Assembly: GCF_022539665.2 (NCBI RefSeq)
Contig: NC_081333.1
Location: 3,968,001-4,032,000 of the forward strand
Length of the DNA: 64,000 nt
Direction of reading: 5' to 3'
Source: Daphnia carinata
Taxonomy: Eukaryota
Both the position numbers and the translations under genes were made by a program. Shown here piece by piece: positions 38,575 through 53,500 of this stretch (the first letter of the stretch is position 1; each line of letters opens with the position of its first letter). The notes under the pieces are model-generated. The model made no database searches, had not been told where the DNA came from, and was given only the letters and a program-made list of their open reading frames with translations.

Positions 38575-41500
38575 GTTGTTGTGCGTTCCGACGACCGCTT
38601 GACCTAATCCCGGGGGCCGGCATTGTAATATCTACCAGCTAGAATGAAGTGGTTCTTCTCTCCGGCATATCAACCTGTGCGTTTGAGTCACATCCCTTTT
38701 CCCGCCGATAAATATATCCGTGGAAGAAACACACCTTCATCGTTTGTACCAGGCACACGTTAACAGCAAAACACTTAACCTACTTCCAATTCCTGGCCGG
38801 TTCTCACAAGCGCAAAATGGCGGCCCGCGAGCGCAGAACACAAACACAGCGATGTAACAAGAAAAGAAAGAGGGAACGAATAAGATAGGCTATCATTTGT
38901 TTGACATGTAAAAGTAGCAGAGAGTTAGCATACAACAGGTTATACCTGCAATGCAAATGACATGTATACACACACTTGTACCTCAATGACCTCCCCCCGT
39001 ATAAATTCAAAATGCTAATAGTGTTGTAGCGACTTGAATGTTTGTTCATTCCATTTTCCTTCTTCTGATTAGCGTCGGGCTCTGCAAAGCAATTCCGTGG
39101 GTCCGCACCCATTTCTCTTTATTTTAGGCACACAACCGCCCTTAATGTTTCCATTTTAAAACATACAAAATGAAATGTGTTTTCTCTCGGGTGCCGACAT
39201 AAAAAAAAAGATGTGGAACAAAAGAAAAAAAAAAGTGTGTAATCAGGAAGATGATGTGAAACGGGACGTTAAACATGACCCGAAGAATTGACGAGAATCG
39301 ATTGTCGTCGCCACGGGGTGATGAAAGCAGCCGGTTAAACTAATCAAAACACGTTTGCCCATCGGATTGACCACACTTTTCTTCAAAACACCCAACTATT
39401 TTAAAAACGTGTTTTGTTTTTTTTCTACGCGTTTCCAGGCAAAAAAAAAATGCAAATTTCCTAGTTCATATTTACGCCAATAACCGGCCAGAGGTACGAA
39501 AAAAAAATAATATGAACTGCCAAACTCTAAAAAAAAAAATATATATATAATAAATTAGTACTGCTAACAAAGTAAAGGTGTTCTTTATTTAGGATGAACA
39601 GAGGAACGACCTCTGGTTGGCTGGCCCCGCTCGGAGGGATGGAGATGGTCTAAACTAGTCATACGAAACGGGTCGTTGCTTGACTTCTTTCTCATTTTAT
39701 TGCCATGGCGCAATGTAATATCCGCAAAACAAAAGAACGTGGGCTCTTTCTGGCATTTTTTGAACTTCCAACAACGTGTTTCCTAATATGGTTGTTTATT
39801 GTTGTTGCAACAATAAGTATTGGTTCACAGAGGGCTTTCCTGCTTCTTCACGAATTCACGGACCCACATGTGTGTGTACAAACTTGCATCATTCCTCTCC
39901 GGTTTGATGTCTGATTCATCCAAATGTCGGCAAAACATTACCTGAAATGTTTCCCTTTCCCCTTAAAAAATGGCTCGTTTAAAACATGTTGCAGACGGAA
40001 CTCGTCTTTGCTCTTCACATCGTAATCCTCCCCCTCCCGCTCCACTATTATATCTTACCGTGTGTGTGTCGGCAAGGCCTTCTGATGACAGGGATAATTT
40101 TTTTGTCTAGCCTCCTACACCCTACCCACACACACACACACCAAAAAAAAAAGAAAGAAGAAGAAGCGGATGGAAGAAGAGTAGGAAAACAAAAGCCTTG
40201 CGGGCACAACTGCAAAAGTCACGTTACAAAAGAGATGATAACCTCCTGGCTTCTCGTGCCTTCTTATGCGAGTGTAGCTGCTGTTGCTCCCTCCCCCCGC
40301 CGTCCAAAGCTGCTGGCAGTTTTTTTGGCTCGGAATGCTCTTGTATATACGAGATATTATAACCTTGGGGACTTTATTCTATTTTTCCGATGAAAAACTC
40401 TTTTAAAAACTTACTAAGGAAAGAACGTGTTGAACCTCACCGGGCGCGCGAGAGTCGCCCCAGGCCAAACTAAAACACGTATGCGCTTTGAATTTTATTT
40501 TATGATTTCTTTTAGAAAAAAAAAAGAAGCTACCTCCACTCGTGTTCTTATTTGGCATTGGTTCAAACATTTTTTTTTTCTTTTGTCAGGGGGAGCGTTG
40601 GCTGGGTGGAGGAAAGAAAAAGGACAATACCCAACGGTGCCCAGCAAAAGAGAAAAGATACGAATCCTCTTCGTACCAGTCGGTGCCCGACTACAGGGAA
40701 ACATTAATGGTTGGTTACGACATGCTAAGGCCATACGGTCGCCCAATGGCCGCAGGTAAACGTAGGTTTTGACTTTCTTAAGAAATAAGCGAATGACGAC
40801 GCATCCCTTACGCCACTTGACAAGGATTTCTCTTTCAAGAATCAATGGGGAGAAAAAGAGTCTTTTGAATAAACGAGGCATTGCCAAACATGGTAACAAC
40901 ATCATATAAGAAGGTGGGCGCAGACAAAAACAAAACAGCTGGACCTTAAATGTCGAGAAAAAAAAAAAGAATTTTGGTTTCATTCGTCGCTTGAGGAAAC
41001 CTTGAATTTCAAATGATGTCTGAGATGTGTGTTTCACGAGAGATGTGCTTTACACACTCGCCTACACACGGGCGACGTGTACAAACGATCACGCAAAGAG
41101 CCACGAACGAGCACAAGGCTAAAGAAGAGGCCAAAAACACAGTTGGCAAACGATGGCAGACAAGACGCCAATAGCCAAAAAAAAAAAAAAAATGTAAGTC
41201 GTTGATGAACTGCTGGTGAAAAGATTCTACAACTGAGGCCAAACCAACATGGAGGTTAAAGCTAAAATTAAACACACACACACACACACACAAAAAAAAG
41301 GTCCACACCTAAAAACGCACGGAGATGAAGGCAACGTTCAAAATGTTTGAGCATTCGTAATGTTTCGTTTTGATTTGTAATGATGCGTGGAATGATTAAC
41401 GTTGATTTTCTTTTAGGATAATTACGACCCGCCGTATAAGACTCCCGGTGTTGAGTGGGAGTAACTTAGCTGCGAGCTGAGATAGTTAGACGTCGAGTAC

Positions 41501-41578
41501 AATTGTGCTGGCGGGATTGAAAGCGAAACGGAAAATTGTAGCTACTACCAAACAATAACGAGTAACAAGAATTCAGCT

Positions 41579-41621
<43 letters not shown>

Positions 41622-44600
41622 GTTTTGGTATCACATCCGGATATAAATGAAGAAATCAAACACGAACAACATGCACGATCAGACGTTGTCCGTATAACCA
41701 TCAGGCAAAAAAAAAAAAATAAATGGAGAGAAATTTGAGACTTTAAAAAAAAAAAAAACAATTTAAGAAAAAACTATTTTTTTTTTTTTCAGTTCGAGTA
41801 TTTTTCCGGCTGGTACCTACGTCGTTTCCAGTTAATTGTAAACAACTCTTCCGCCCACACCTGTCACTTTAGTTTACGTACAATTCGATTTCAAATTGTT
41901 TTTGTTCACAGTTACAATGGGCGAATGCATTCTTTAATCAATAGTTAAATTTTCTAATCAATATACGAGAATTGACGTCTGTGTGGTTTCTGTTTGTGCG
42001 TAGCCAACTTGATTAGCCAGGAAACACGAGAAAGCGCACAAGTGGCAATGACGACATCACGTTTCATTCCCTCCCCAACTTTCGATTTCTAATTGTATTT
42101 TTTTTTTCTATAGGACATTCTCTACGACGTAAGACCGTAGAAAAAAAAGTTTCGAAATTTCAAATAACATCCCACGGTAGCATCGGTTTTTCGCTGCATT
42201 GCCTATGGTGATCTACCTAGCCTCCTTTTCCACAACCTAGAAAGGGTGAGGGTAGTCTATTACATTATTCAACTTTGAGTTCAGGTTGGTGGGCTTACGT
42301 CTCTTTTCTTTCGTTTTTACAGGTGGGGAGTCTATCTTACAACTTTCGAACTCTCCCCTTCAACATTCCACGTCGTCCTTCCATACAGAAAAAGGGGGGA
42401 GGGTTAGGTAGATAGTCTTTAATGTTATTCAAAGTTCTATTGTTTTTCTCATCCTGTCCCTAACGGCGAGAATAATTTCACATTCGACTACAGATATGTT
42501 TCTAATTCGAAGACGAGGGAAAGAAGTCGTAATGATGATCGAATTCATTCTCACCTGTTTAATTGTTAGAACCGTTGACGTAGTCTCCAAACTGATGGTG
42601 GGATGGAAACAAAAATTCCCAACACAAAAACGAAAATTTTGGCGTTTCACTTAGACGATAATTTTTCACGGGCAACACGAAAAACCGGAAGAAGACAAAA
42701 TGGAATAATTTCGACTATGGGGGATGAGTAGGATTCACTTTGAATGAAAAACGAACGGGGGAGAAAGGAGAGAATCGTGTGCGGGAGCGATGGATGAGAG
42801 AGCGAGAGAGAAAAAAAGGAACACACCTGGCACGTCGGAGCAACTGGTTGATAATGGACACGAAGCGCTGCGGGTTTTTGGCCCTTTCCTTTCTTGCCTT
42901 TCCTCCAGCAATAGACAAGCGCAACATGGAAGAGAGAAAGAAACACACACACAAAAAATGTGGAGGAGAATGGCGCGGCGTTCTTCGCCACGAGCGCTCA
43001 GTTTCGTGAAACACTACGCGTCAAGCAAAAAACTTAAAGAAAATGTTTTTGGTTTGTCAATTCCACATGTTGATTATACGCATTGAATGGTTCGTGAAAA
43101 CAACAGTTGTCCTGACTAAACCAACTCACACAAGTGAAATGATTTTTCGTTAGAATTCCTCTTATTTTTTTTTTTTTTCAATTGTTTTATTTACTCGAAT
43201 GATTTGAATGCGGGGCAAAATTGCTCGCTCCGCTTCACCGTTTTTTTTTTCGATTGCGTCATTTTGTTAGACGCTTATCCCCCCCCCCCAATTTGCTCCG
43301 GATTTTTATTTTATATTTTTTTTCATTTATTTCGAATTCCGGAAAGTAAATTCTGTTATTGTTGTTGCTATTATTGGTGAACTGCGTGATTGGCCTTGTT
43401 TCATTCCCCCTTTTTTTAATCACCGACTGTTAAACCTTTTTTTTTACGCATATGTGCGAATCAGTTGGGGTAACAAGAAGAAAGCAAAGAACATAGTGAA
43501 CGTGTAGAAAAGAATAAAACTAGAACTACATAACCGTACTCAAGCGTACGAAATAAAGTCGAATTATTGAGACTCCATATAGCGGCGGCGCCCCGTTTGT
43601 TTCTCACGCGTAGTTGACGGTCTCGGGAATATAGAAGCCAAATTATCCCTACCTGTGTGTGTGTGTGTGTGTCTACCTGCGGTCTTTTTAAAAAAAAAAA
43701 AAAAATGTATTCTTACGACGTAGAAAGAAAATAAATGCCTGTGTACGCAGATATAGTCGAATTAAATGAGTTTGATACGCACACACAGCTCCAGTCGGGA
43801 GAACAAACTGGGTCGTTTGCGCAATAACTAATGAATTATGTTCCAACGTCGACCCGATGAGAACTTTGAGAATTTTTTTTTTTTTTTTTTTTTTTTAAGT
43901 TTGGGATGATTTGTTTCGTCATTTTTGTGGTTGTCTTTGCCGACGAAAAGAAATGGCCGCTCGCCATTTGTCTTAACAATTGCACATATACTTTTTTTTT
44001 TTTTATTCTTTACTCGCGTGAGAACCCGATCGACTTACCGTGGCATTAAATAACGAATCCGCTACGTTTCGCTACGTTTTTTTTTAAAAACTAGGGACTC
44101 ACCTGAATAGAAAAAAAAAACGTATCCATTTGGACAGAGTTCCATCAAAAGGGGAAAAAGGAAATGTATTGATCTTCTTATACAAAAGTTTTTTTTTTTT
44201 TTCTTTAACGGCACATCTCCATCAGCTCAACAGACAAATCAAAACTAAAAAGAAACGGGACAACTAAACAAAAAGAAGAGGGAATGCAAAAAAAAACAAA
44301 CAAACAAACACATGTGAACATGATGGAAAAGAATAAAAAAACAAAACAGACGGGAATGTCTATGTATAACTTAAAAAAGAAAATTCGCTACGGATGTCGA
44401 TGGTCAATGAAAATGTAAAAAAGAAAAAGAAGGATGAAAATAATGCAGTCACAAGGAAAAAGAAAAATAACGGAGAGAGTTTCCATCTTTTTACTGCCGA
44501 TGATGTCAACAATATGGACACAATTTTCTATTTGAAGAGGAAACAAAAAAAAAAAAAAAAAAAAAAGATGAATATTTGGCTGAGAGGAGAAAGTGCAGCA

Positions 44601-45103
44601 CAAAATGGCAAAAAGCCTCTCTTATTTTTTTTCGTCGAGAAACATTGGACGAAGGCTATCCTACAATTCATATCGTAGATGAATGGGAAAGAAAGAGGAA
44701 ATGACGAAGCGAGAAGCGGCTTCTTCTAAGAGAATATATCGTAGAGTCATAATAATAATAAAGAGAAACTGTTATTTATGTACATCCAAAGATGAAAGAA
44801 AAAAAAAAAGGCGCACAGATAAAAGCTAAAACCTTATTTCTTGTTTTCGCGGGTCAGTAGGCCAATTCTCTCTCCATCCAAGAGAGGCCGGATGGCACAC
44901 ACGAGAGAGAGTTTTTACATGACACGGAAAATCAAACATGATCATTTTTTTTTTTTAAGCAAATTAAGTCGAGAATTTGTTTTTTTTTTCGGCGGGGAGG
45001 GTTTGTAACATTTATTTTTTTTTTTTAATGACTGGGTGAATATTTTGAAATAAAAAATTTGCTTTTGTTTTTAGGTATATCGGTGATGAAGGAACGGATG
45101 GAA

Positions 45104-47501
45104 TTAGGAACGGATGTCATCAGTAGACGAGGCGTTAACATTATCGGTGGGATTTTTAAACCTTTTCTTCTTTTTCCTATTGGATTGGCTCCGATTGAAG
45201 TGATCAGTTTCTTTTAACTGGTGGTGATGACACGTTTGGCAACAGTGTTGGCGATAACGCGGGATGTAACACAATTCAAGCGTCTGGACTAGGCCACAGT
45301 GGCTGGACTGATCCCGGCATTGTCCACCTGCATCGATAAAAGGAAGCCAAAAAAAAAAATATAAACAACACAATTAGAAATAAAATAAAAGAAAAACGTG
45401 ACTGATAATGAGCAATGGTGTGTGGGAGTTAAGTCGAGTCAATCAGTCGACCGTGAATCTCCAACTACAAGATAGTGATGATGGCGGTTAGTGGAGAAAA
45501 TCCCCCCCTCCCCTCAAAAAATGTGATGGATGTTTTTAAATTTTATTTTGATGGATGAAAAAAAAAGTGGGTTGAACACGACGGCACGCTCGGCTCAACA
45601 CAAGGCAGATGATGCTGATGGAACTCGGTAATTCCATTGCTACTATGTTGTTTTTTTTTTATGTTGGCTCCATCCTTCGCGTGATTCGACAATTTCAAAG
45701 GAAAAAAAAAATAATCTCCCTCCCCTCTAAAGTCTCATCACATCAGCTGAGATTTACAGTAAGTCAAATTCTTCGCTGCGGGTAACGCCAGATGGTGATG
45801 GCTAGCAGTGAATAAAATCACGGAAGGGGGATACGAAAAATCAGAGCGGGACTGCGCAACCGTTTCACTATTTTGATTCCATTTTCCATATTTCCCTTGA
45901 ATTCTTTCTATTATTTATTATTATCATTATTATTATTATTATTATTTTTAAAATGCGGGTTTTACGGACAATCGCATCGCAAGTTGGGCCTTTTTTTTTC
46001 CCGATATTTTATCACGTGGAAAAATCGATAATTCGCCAAATGGGCTTATCAAAAGCAACAACCAAAGAAAAAAAAAAAAAAAAAAAAAGGGGGGGGGGGG
46101 CACGATTTCTTTCGATTAGTTTCCATCACGCGCAATTTGCTTTTTCGCTTTCCCCCCCCTTTTTGTTGCTGACGTCTCAAGCGCATCCATCACGATCACG
46201 ATGCTAATAACTAAATGCAAAAAAAACATTTTTTTTTGTTGTTGTTGCCCCTACTGATTTTGTCAAGTTCCATAACTCTTATCTCAACATCTTTTTTTTT
46301 TTTTTACAATGAATTTCCTTTACTGCCTCCGGGACTGGCCCCTCTATTTTTTTTTTCCTTCCACGTAAGAAAAAATTGTAATCACGACGATGAAAAAAGG
46401 AACCATATCATCTTCGCCCCACGTCACGGATTTTGACGATTAAGACTCACACGAAGATGATGATTTACGTAAAAGGGCGGTGACGCGTAAACTTCCCTGT
46501 TCCTTATCTGCGTCTCTTCTTATTATGACGCAGAGTTTCGTTTGCGCAAGGGGAAGCTGTCGCCCCCCCCCCCGAGGAGTACCCTTGACAAGCAACGCCA
46601 TCTTACAGCGGGAAATTCAAATCGATTTGATTTTTCAGCGTTTGCCTTTTTTTTTCCGCAATCAATCAGGACACGCAACGACGGGGTCAAAGAACCACGT
46701 CACCGTGATAGGATATTTAATTAGCGGTGAATTGTGTGGAATACACGGGAATAACTGTACTACCCGCCGCTCTCGGGTGGTAAATGTGAAAGCTTCCCGA
46801 AAGGGGGCGACGGTACACACGCAAAACACGAACGACAACAGCCATACGCAGGATAATGTCTATTATGAGGTTTAATTAATAGCGCACGCCACTAAGAAAA
46901 AATAGAGTTCAATAAAGGTCGTCAAAAGTAAACAAGATGAAATTAATAACCAACCGCTACGTTGCAAGACTTAAAATAAGGAAGCAGCGCAAATGAAATT
47001 GCTTGACGAGCGAAAACCAGTTAAATCATAAAAGAAAAATAAAATAATATAAGATACTTACGTTTAGGGCACGGAGGTCCCCGACAGGGACGCGTTACAG
47101 GTAGTCTAGGTAAGTCTACATTTTTCGAGTGTTTTGCGTTTGTTTTGAAGTTGGGAGAGGAAGGAAATTGTTGTTTTAAAAGGAAAAAGTTAAAAGAAAT
47201 TAAAAAAAAAAGGTTAGGCCAAATAACATATAAAATAATTAAAAGAAATGAAAAATGTAAAAAGAAAAAAAAAAAAAAATACCAGCACAGGCGAGGCCGG
47301 CGGGAGAATCAGTGTCGTACCAAACGCAGCGCAGTAGTCGCGATTGGTGACCAACGGAATCACAAGTAGCCGTGCACTAATTACCGCGTTGCAAAACAAA
47401 AGGAAAACCGGTCCCGCACAGTCACGACACACAACAGACAGAGAGAGAGAGAGAGAGAGAGATTGTCATTCCAAAATCGAACTATGCTTTATCGGGTAAT
47501 C

Positions 47502-47532
<31 letters not shown>

Positions 47533-50500
47533 TTTACCCTTTTTCATAAGAATTTCGCAGAACAGATAAGAGGGAATTGAAAAATGGGTCACGTTTTCGT
47601 TTGTCAGTCAATGTACCGTAAATTTTAATCGAAAGAAAGTGTAAATTCTGGGTTTTTTTTTTTACTGCACCGTGCTTTTCCCAGAAGAAAATAAAAGGAC
47701 AGGGAACAAAACTTGAAATACTAGGGGATAGAACAGGAATTTTCGTGCTGTTTGTTTCCCAAATTTCTTATGGGTCACCACTTTCATGGAACTGACAGGG
47801 GAAATGTAAACGAAACTGTCCGTACGAAAACGAATCCAGTTCATTTATTTTTGTTCTCACGTTTTTGTTAACTCTCTCGTGTCCACTCTGTGCAACGTTG
47901 ATTGATGACTATCTTACATCACTTCACAAATATTTTTGTCCTGCGTTCAAATGCATTCCACTGTTGGGTGCAAAAAGGGCATGCTCAGGTGAGTTTCATG
48001 ATCAAGCGAGGCAAGAGTTTCACAGCCAGACCAGAAAGACCCAGTAATAATATAGAAAAAATAGTTATTATAAAGAAACAGAGTAAGAGAAACAGACAGC
48101 AAAAAAAGAGAAAGATTGTCTACTGCTGCGTAACTGATGCACACATGCATAATACATGCAACCACACCTCTCTCAAACTGTTACGTTGCTCCACAATAAT
48201 GTAAAAGGCGGTAGTGGTATTCGGTTGGTAGTTTGACTGCTACTCTACATAGTACTTAAAACGAAAACAATTCATTCAACAAAGTTCGTGACTCACGTGA
48301 GACCAGTCCGAGACTTTCCACGTGCCCTTGCAGTTCTCGTTGAAACACTCGCGCTTCTGGGCAGGTTTGTCACGATCGTTGCACAGGATGGGGTCCAGCA
48401 CGGTACCATTGTCCATAACGCAGTCCAGCTGCCTCTTTTGGAGCGCTTTCCAAAAACGTTTGTTGTTATTAGCATTTGACAAATGCAGATGATAGAGGAC
48501 AAACAAAAGGGTTCAACATCGCCTCAACAGATGGCGTGCGACTCAATCAACATGCAAACGTCCTTACCCGTGTTCCAAGTAAAGCAGCGTGACTGATGGC
48601 ACGGAGTCCAAGATGCTGCAACCCATCGCGGGCACGTATCCAGTCCACATTTCTGGACAGTGGCCGGCTGCTTGCTCCTGACCGTCAACGCCGAGGTGAC
48701 CTCTGATCCAGCATCATCAGGATTGGCTAGTCCAGCGTCCTCGCAAAGGCTGGCCTCGACCGATTTGGTGACGTTATTTAGACGGGCAATGCACTGGACA
48801 GCTCGCACCTGGAACCCACTACCGCCGCATGTTTGCGAACACTTTGACCAGGGCGTCAGCAGCCATTCAAACTTCAAACTGTCCGCTTTCCCTTTAAGAA
48901 AATGGGGTGGCAAAGAAACAAACAATGGTCATCACATTAGATTTATTACGTAAACACGTACGACTGTAAACTAAAAAAAGAAAAAAGAGTCTCATTTAAA
49001 AACAAAATAAAATACTAATCACCGGCAAAACTATGCCACAGCCACGCTTTCTCTCTTATTTTAGCCCACCCATCTTTCATTTTTGTCTTCTTTATTTACA
49101 ATTCTCTCTCTCTTTCACACTGTGTGTGTGTCCAATCCAATTCTATTGAGCTGGACGTTACTCCCATAAAAGACACACCTCATAGAAATTTTATTTTTAT
49201 TTTTTTAAGAAAAAGGAGGTTAACGGCGTTTTTTTTTTTTTTTTGTTCTTTGAATATCAATTTTCTCAATCTATTTTTTTTTTTAAAGGCTCGCCATTCT
49301 TTTAGCAATAAAAGGAAAGTGGGCTAACTGGTTAGTGACCCTCCAATACCACATCCAAATAATTTCTTGAAATAATAATAATTTAAATAAAGGGGCCCAG
49401 TCACATCATTTTTTTTTTTTTAAAGAATTAGTTTTTATTTTACCTTTGCCCAAAACAACAGCAGACGGTGAGCCAGCGCTGGCCGGATGACTGGCGGACT
49501 TGTTGGCACCGCTCTTCTGGTGCTGCTGTCCGTGATGGCCGGCCGAAGCGTTCCTCAATTTCGATCGGTTATGTCCGCCGTGTTTAGCGCCGCCCGTTCG
49601 GCCGTTGCCGGCGTTCTTGCTGTTCTTAGAGGCGGCCGACGACGACGATGGCTGTCCCACTTCAGGTTGATGCTGTAAATGCCAGAGAAGCTGTTCTATT
49701 GGTTATGCGAGCAAATCAATGGGAAGGCGGGGCAACAAGGCAAAAAATGAAATCATAATAATAATAATAATAAAGAAAAAAGACAATCATCCAGGTGTAA
49801 AGGGAATGAGGAAGAAATGAAATTGAAAACGGACGATGTGACGAGAATGGGGGAAAACAAAAAAGAAAAGTGCGGGAAAATTGGGGAAATCCCCAATGTT
49901 TGAAAATCAAAAATAAACGGACGCAAGTCTGAACTTCCTTTCATCTAATAAAGAATCAATCAGCTCATGCTCGAACGACACACGTGTCCGCACTGACTTC
50001 CAACTTAAAAGAGAAAAAAAAAAAAAAAAAAAAAAAAGGGGGTTGTTCCAGGACAAAAACGTCCAGCCAATGCACACAACGCAATTCAAATTTGTTTTTA
50101 AAAGATAAAAACGGAAAACCTTGACTCTAAATATATTCTCTTTAACAATTGCAGAACTGAATTGTTTTGAACTTTCCTTTTTCCAATCGACACACACATC
50201 ATGACACACACGGACACAACACACACACACGCGCGCGCATGAAACAGTTACACACATTCAGCAGCAGCTCCGAATAAATGTAAATAGAAAGAAACGTACG
50301 AGATGAATGGAACTAGATTTTTTGTTGATTGCATTTTCTATGAAGAGAGAGAGCGAAAAAACAAAACAAAACAACAACAACAAAAACATAAACTTGTTTT
50401 CGTCATCATGCGATCCAAAAATTGAAACGAAAAATCATAATTCTCAATTCAGCACTAATATATTCATCAATCCATCATGATCGGCATCAATCACCCGCGT

Positions 50501-53500
50501 TTTGAAAAAGAAAACGGTTTTTTTTTTTCTGAATTTTTGTTGTGTGTGTGTGTATGTGTGTCTGTTTCGGGGGGAAAGGGACATCATTTATGAACGTCTT
50601 TCAAGCGCCCTATGATTTAACGTTTAAAGGGAATTTTCTATTTTTTTTTGGCTTTTTTCTTTTTTAATTCAATGTAAATAGATCACCCGAGGAAAGAAAC
50701 AAATTATCAATTTAAAAATGAAAAATCCTCAAATCTTTTTCCTTATTGTTTTTCTTTACAAAAATTGGCTTTTACCCCTCCGCCCCTCTCCCCTTTATTT
50801 TCTATTTAAAACTATTTAACTATCGAAAAAGAAAAAAAAAAAAGTGTTGAGGAAGGTGGGCAAGTGGAGACAGGAATGGCCCTATCCCTCTCGGTATGAA
50901 ACACATCAATAATTTCTTATGTATATAATAAATATGTAACAATTGCAGTTGCATCCTCATGTAAGCACGAAAGACAAAGAGAAAAAGGGGAAACCAGAAG
51001 AGAGAAAAAAAAAAAAAAAAAAAAAAAAGAAATAGGAAATCACCCCCTCCTCCCAACCCTTTAAGAAACTAGCATTTAATTTGAATGTAATTAAAATATC
51101 ATTAAAAAAAAAAAAAAAAAAGAAAACCACGGAGTGAAAGGTGATGTCGATCATGCGAGTATCTGAAATCGAGAAGCGGCAGCCACGATGACGACGATGG
51201 CGAGCAGACGACGACGGCCAAGAAGAAGACTGGCCTGCCTCCCGCTGGCCCACATTCTCACCTGCACCAATCCGGCCAGAAGCCATTGCAAATAAGGTGG
51301 CGGTGAAGGTCGTGAGCTGCTTGATCGAGCCACTTGACCACCACCACCGCCTCCGCCACCGGCGCCATTATCCGCCCTGTTGCGATTGTTGTTGTTGTTG
51401 TTGGGTGGCGGAGGCGCGTACGTCGGAATGCGGTTCGATTGACGCGACTGACCGCCGCGCTGCTGCGATCCGCCATCGTTGCGTATGGGATCGATGGAGC
51501 CCCACCAGTTACTGGTGGGCCAAAACGTCGGGATCGGATCGATGCGATCCGGCCAGTTGCTCGCGATCGTCCTTCGCTCCGAGCGGTAATCATCTTCCTC
51601 CTCGTCAAACGGAATCTCTTCCTCTTCGTTATCGTCGGCACGGCCAGATGTCGTGGCTGGACTTTCAGTCGTTGTTGTTGTGGTGGTGGGGTTGGTAGTA
51701 GATCGGGTTGGCGGTGAGCGGTCGTCCGCGCTCGAGTCACGTACGTGTAATGAGACGTTTGACGATGCCAATCCTGTTTGTGTTTGTGTTTTGATTTGTT
51801 TTTTGTTTCGTTTTTTTCGTAAATAAGGCAATTGTTGTGCGTGTTCCAGTCAAAAGCAGCGTCCAATTGTTAAGCGCAAAAATAGAAGCCATCATCCGCA
51901 TTAGCTTATTCATGTGACAAATGACAAAGAGAAACGATAACAAAACACAAACAACGTGTGTTGACGTGCACGTATACCTATTCTCGTGTCACACACACAC
52001 ACACGCACAGACACACTGCCAGACAGTTTCCCTTCCCCCCATCAATTCCAGAGTATTTTTTTGTGAATCAAAACTTCTACTAGTCGTGTGTCTGTCTGTC
52101 TGTGTGTGTGTGTCGCATCGAGAACTTTGTTGCGCAAACATTTCAAAGTTTGAATCTGCGGAGAGGCCTGTCTCTGTGTGTGTGTGCGTTTAAAAAGTCA
52201 TCCATTTCGGAGCACAGTTTTGCCCTGTTAAAAGCCCCAACCCTCCATCCCTCTCCTCCATAAAAGTTTTTGTGCGTCAATGCAGTAGAACTCTATGCCG
52301 GAACTAGATTAATCAAACGGTTGATCCCCTTTGCCGCAGAATTGCCCACCTCAAAACAAGATTTCCTTTTGATTTGTTGTTGTTGTTCTTGTTCAGCCTA
52401 CAGTTCGCTAAACTCCAGTTTCTAAATTGAATTTGTACCGAAGACTTTTTTTTTTTTTTGGGAGGGGGGATTCTCTACTGAAATTCGAATCAAAGAGATC
52501 GACACACGTGAGGGGGGGGGGAGTGGAGGGATGAGAGATAAGAGACAAAGTACAAAGGCAGAGAAGAAGGAGATTTAAAAAAAAAGAAAAAAAAAAAAAG
52601 AAAGAAGAAGATGAAGAAGAAAAGGACAAGAACAAAAAAGGTTTTACCTGGTCCTGATCGGGGTAAAGAGGGCCGTTCGTTGCAGATGTGGACGTCTCGC
52701 CTGCATTGGGTTGGCCGGCGACTTTGGCCCGATGATCAAAGCCGCTCTTGTGGCCGTTATTGACGAGGCTATTGCCTTTCATCTCTTTGACGACATCATC
52801 TGTTTCTTCTTCTTCATCCTCTTCTTGCCGTTCCTGTTTCGATCGTTCACCGACGGGCACAGACGACGGCCACGACGACCCATCACCGGAAGACGATCGT
52901 CTCGGCGATTCGTCCGCCTTCGATGCGCCGCTCGGATGGACGCGGTGCTTAACGTGGCCGCCATCGACTTTTGATCGATTTCCGTTCGCCCCTAAGTCGA
53001 TCGTCAAAAATCAAATAAAATGAGGAAATAAGTCGTTAAATATAACATAACATGCAATCCATTCGCCATCCGTCACCATGGATCACTTAACAAATAAAAA
53101 AAGAAATGGACCTTACCGAGGGTCGAAGAGTCCCAATCATTTTCCAGGTTAGTGGACGCTGTAGGAGCTGGTCTGACTGTCACTGTGATATTGGCAGCGC
53201 TCCTTCCGGCTGTTATGAGTATTTAAAAAGTAATAATAAATCAAAAGAAAATGAAATTGTTGGATATGGACTGGAATCGTTATTTAGTACCAATGCAAGA
53301 ATACACTCCGCTGTCGCTATAGGTAGCGTCCCTGATGCGCAGCATGCCTTTCTTGTTCATCTCGTATTTCTGGCTCTTAACCAGAAGAATGTGATCCTTC
53401 ATCCAGCTGATTTGGGATCTGATAGCGCACGCGCACGCGCACACGGGGGTGGAGGGGGGGGGGGGAGGGGAGACCGAAAGAAAAATGAGATAATTAAAAA

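Noticed and set aside
42211..42413. Imperfect inverted repeat (atctaccta...taggtagat) that could be a small MITE or hairpin
   Set aside because: Only 9 bp match perfectly, there is no clear TSD and no second copy in the window.
37100..45100. Many 60-180 aa ORFs rich in F/K
   Set aside because: They are translations of poly-T/poly-A and microsatellite tracts, with no domain features or coherent exon chain.
51258..51866. 202-aa overlapping minus-strand ORF in a second frame
   Set aside because: The exon is GC-rich and low in complexity, so extra open frames are expected. Using this frame would put the downstream TSP1/PLAC exons out of frame.
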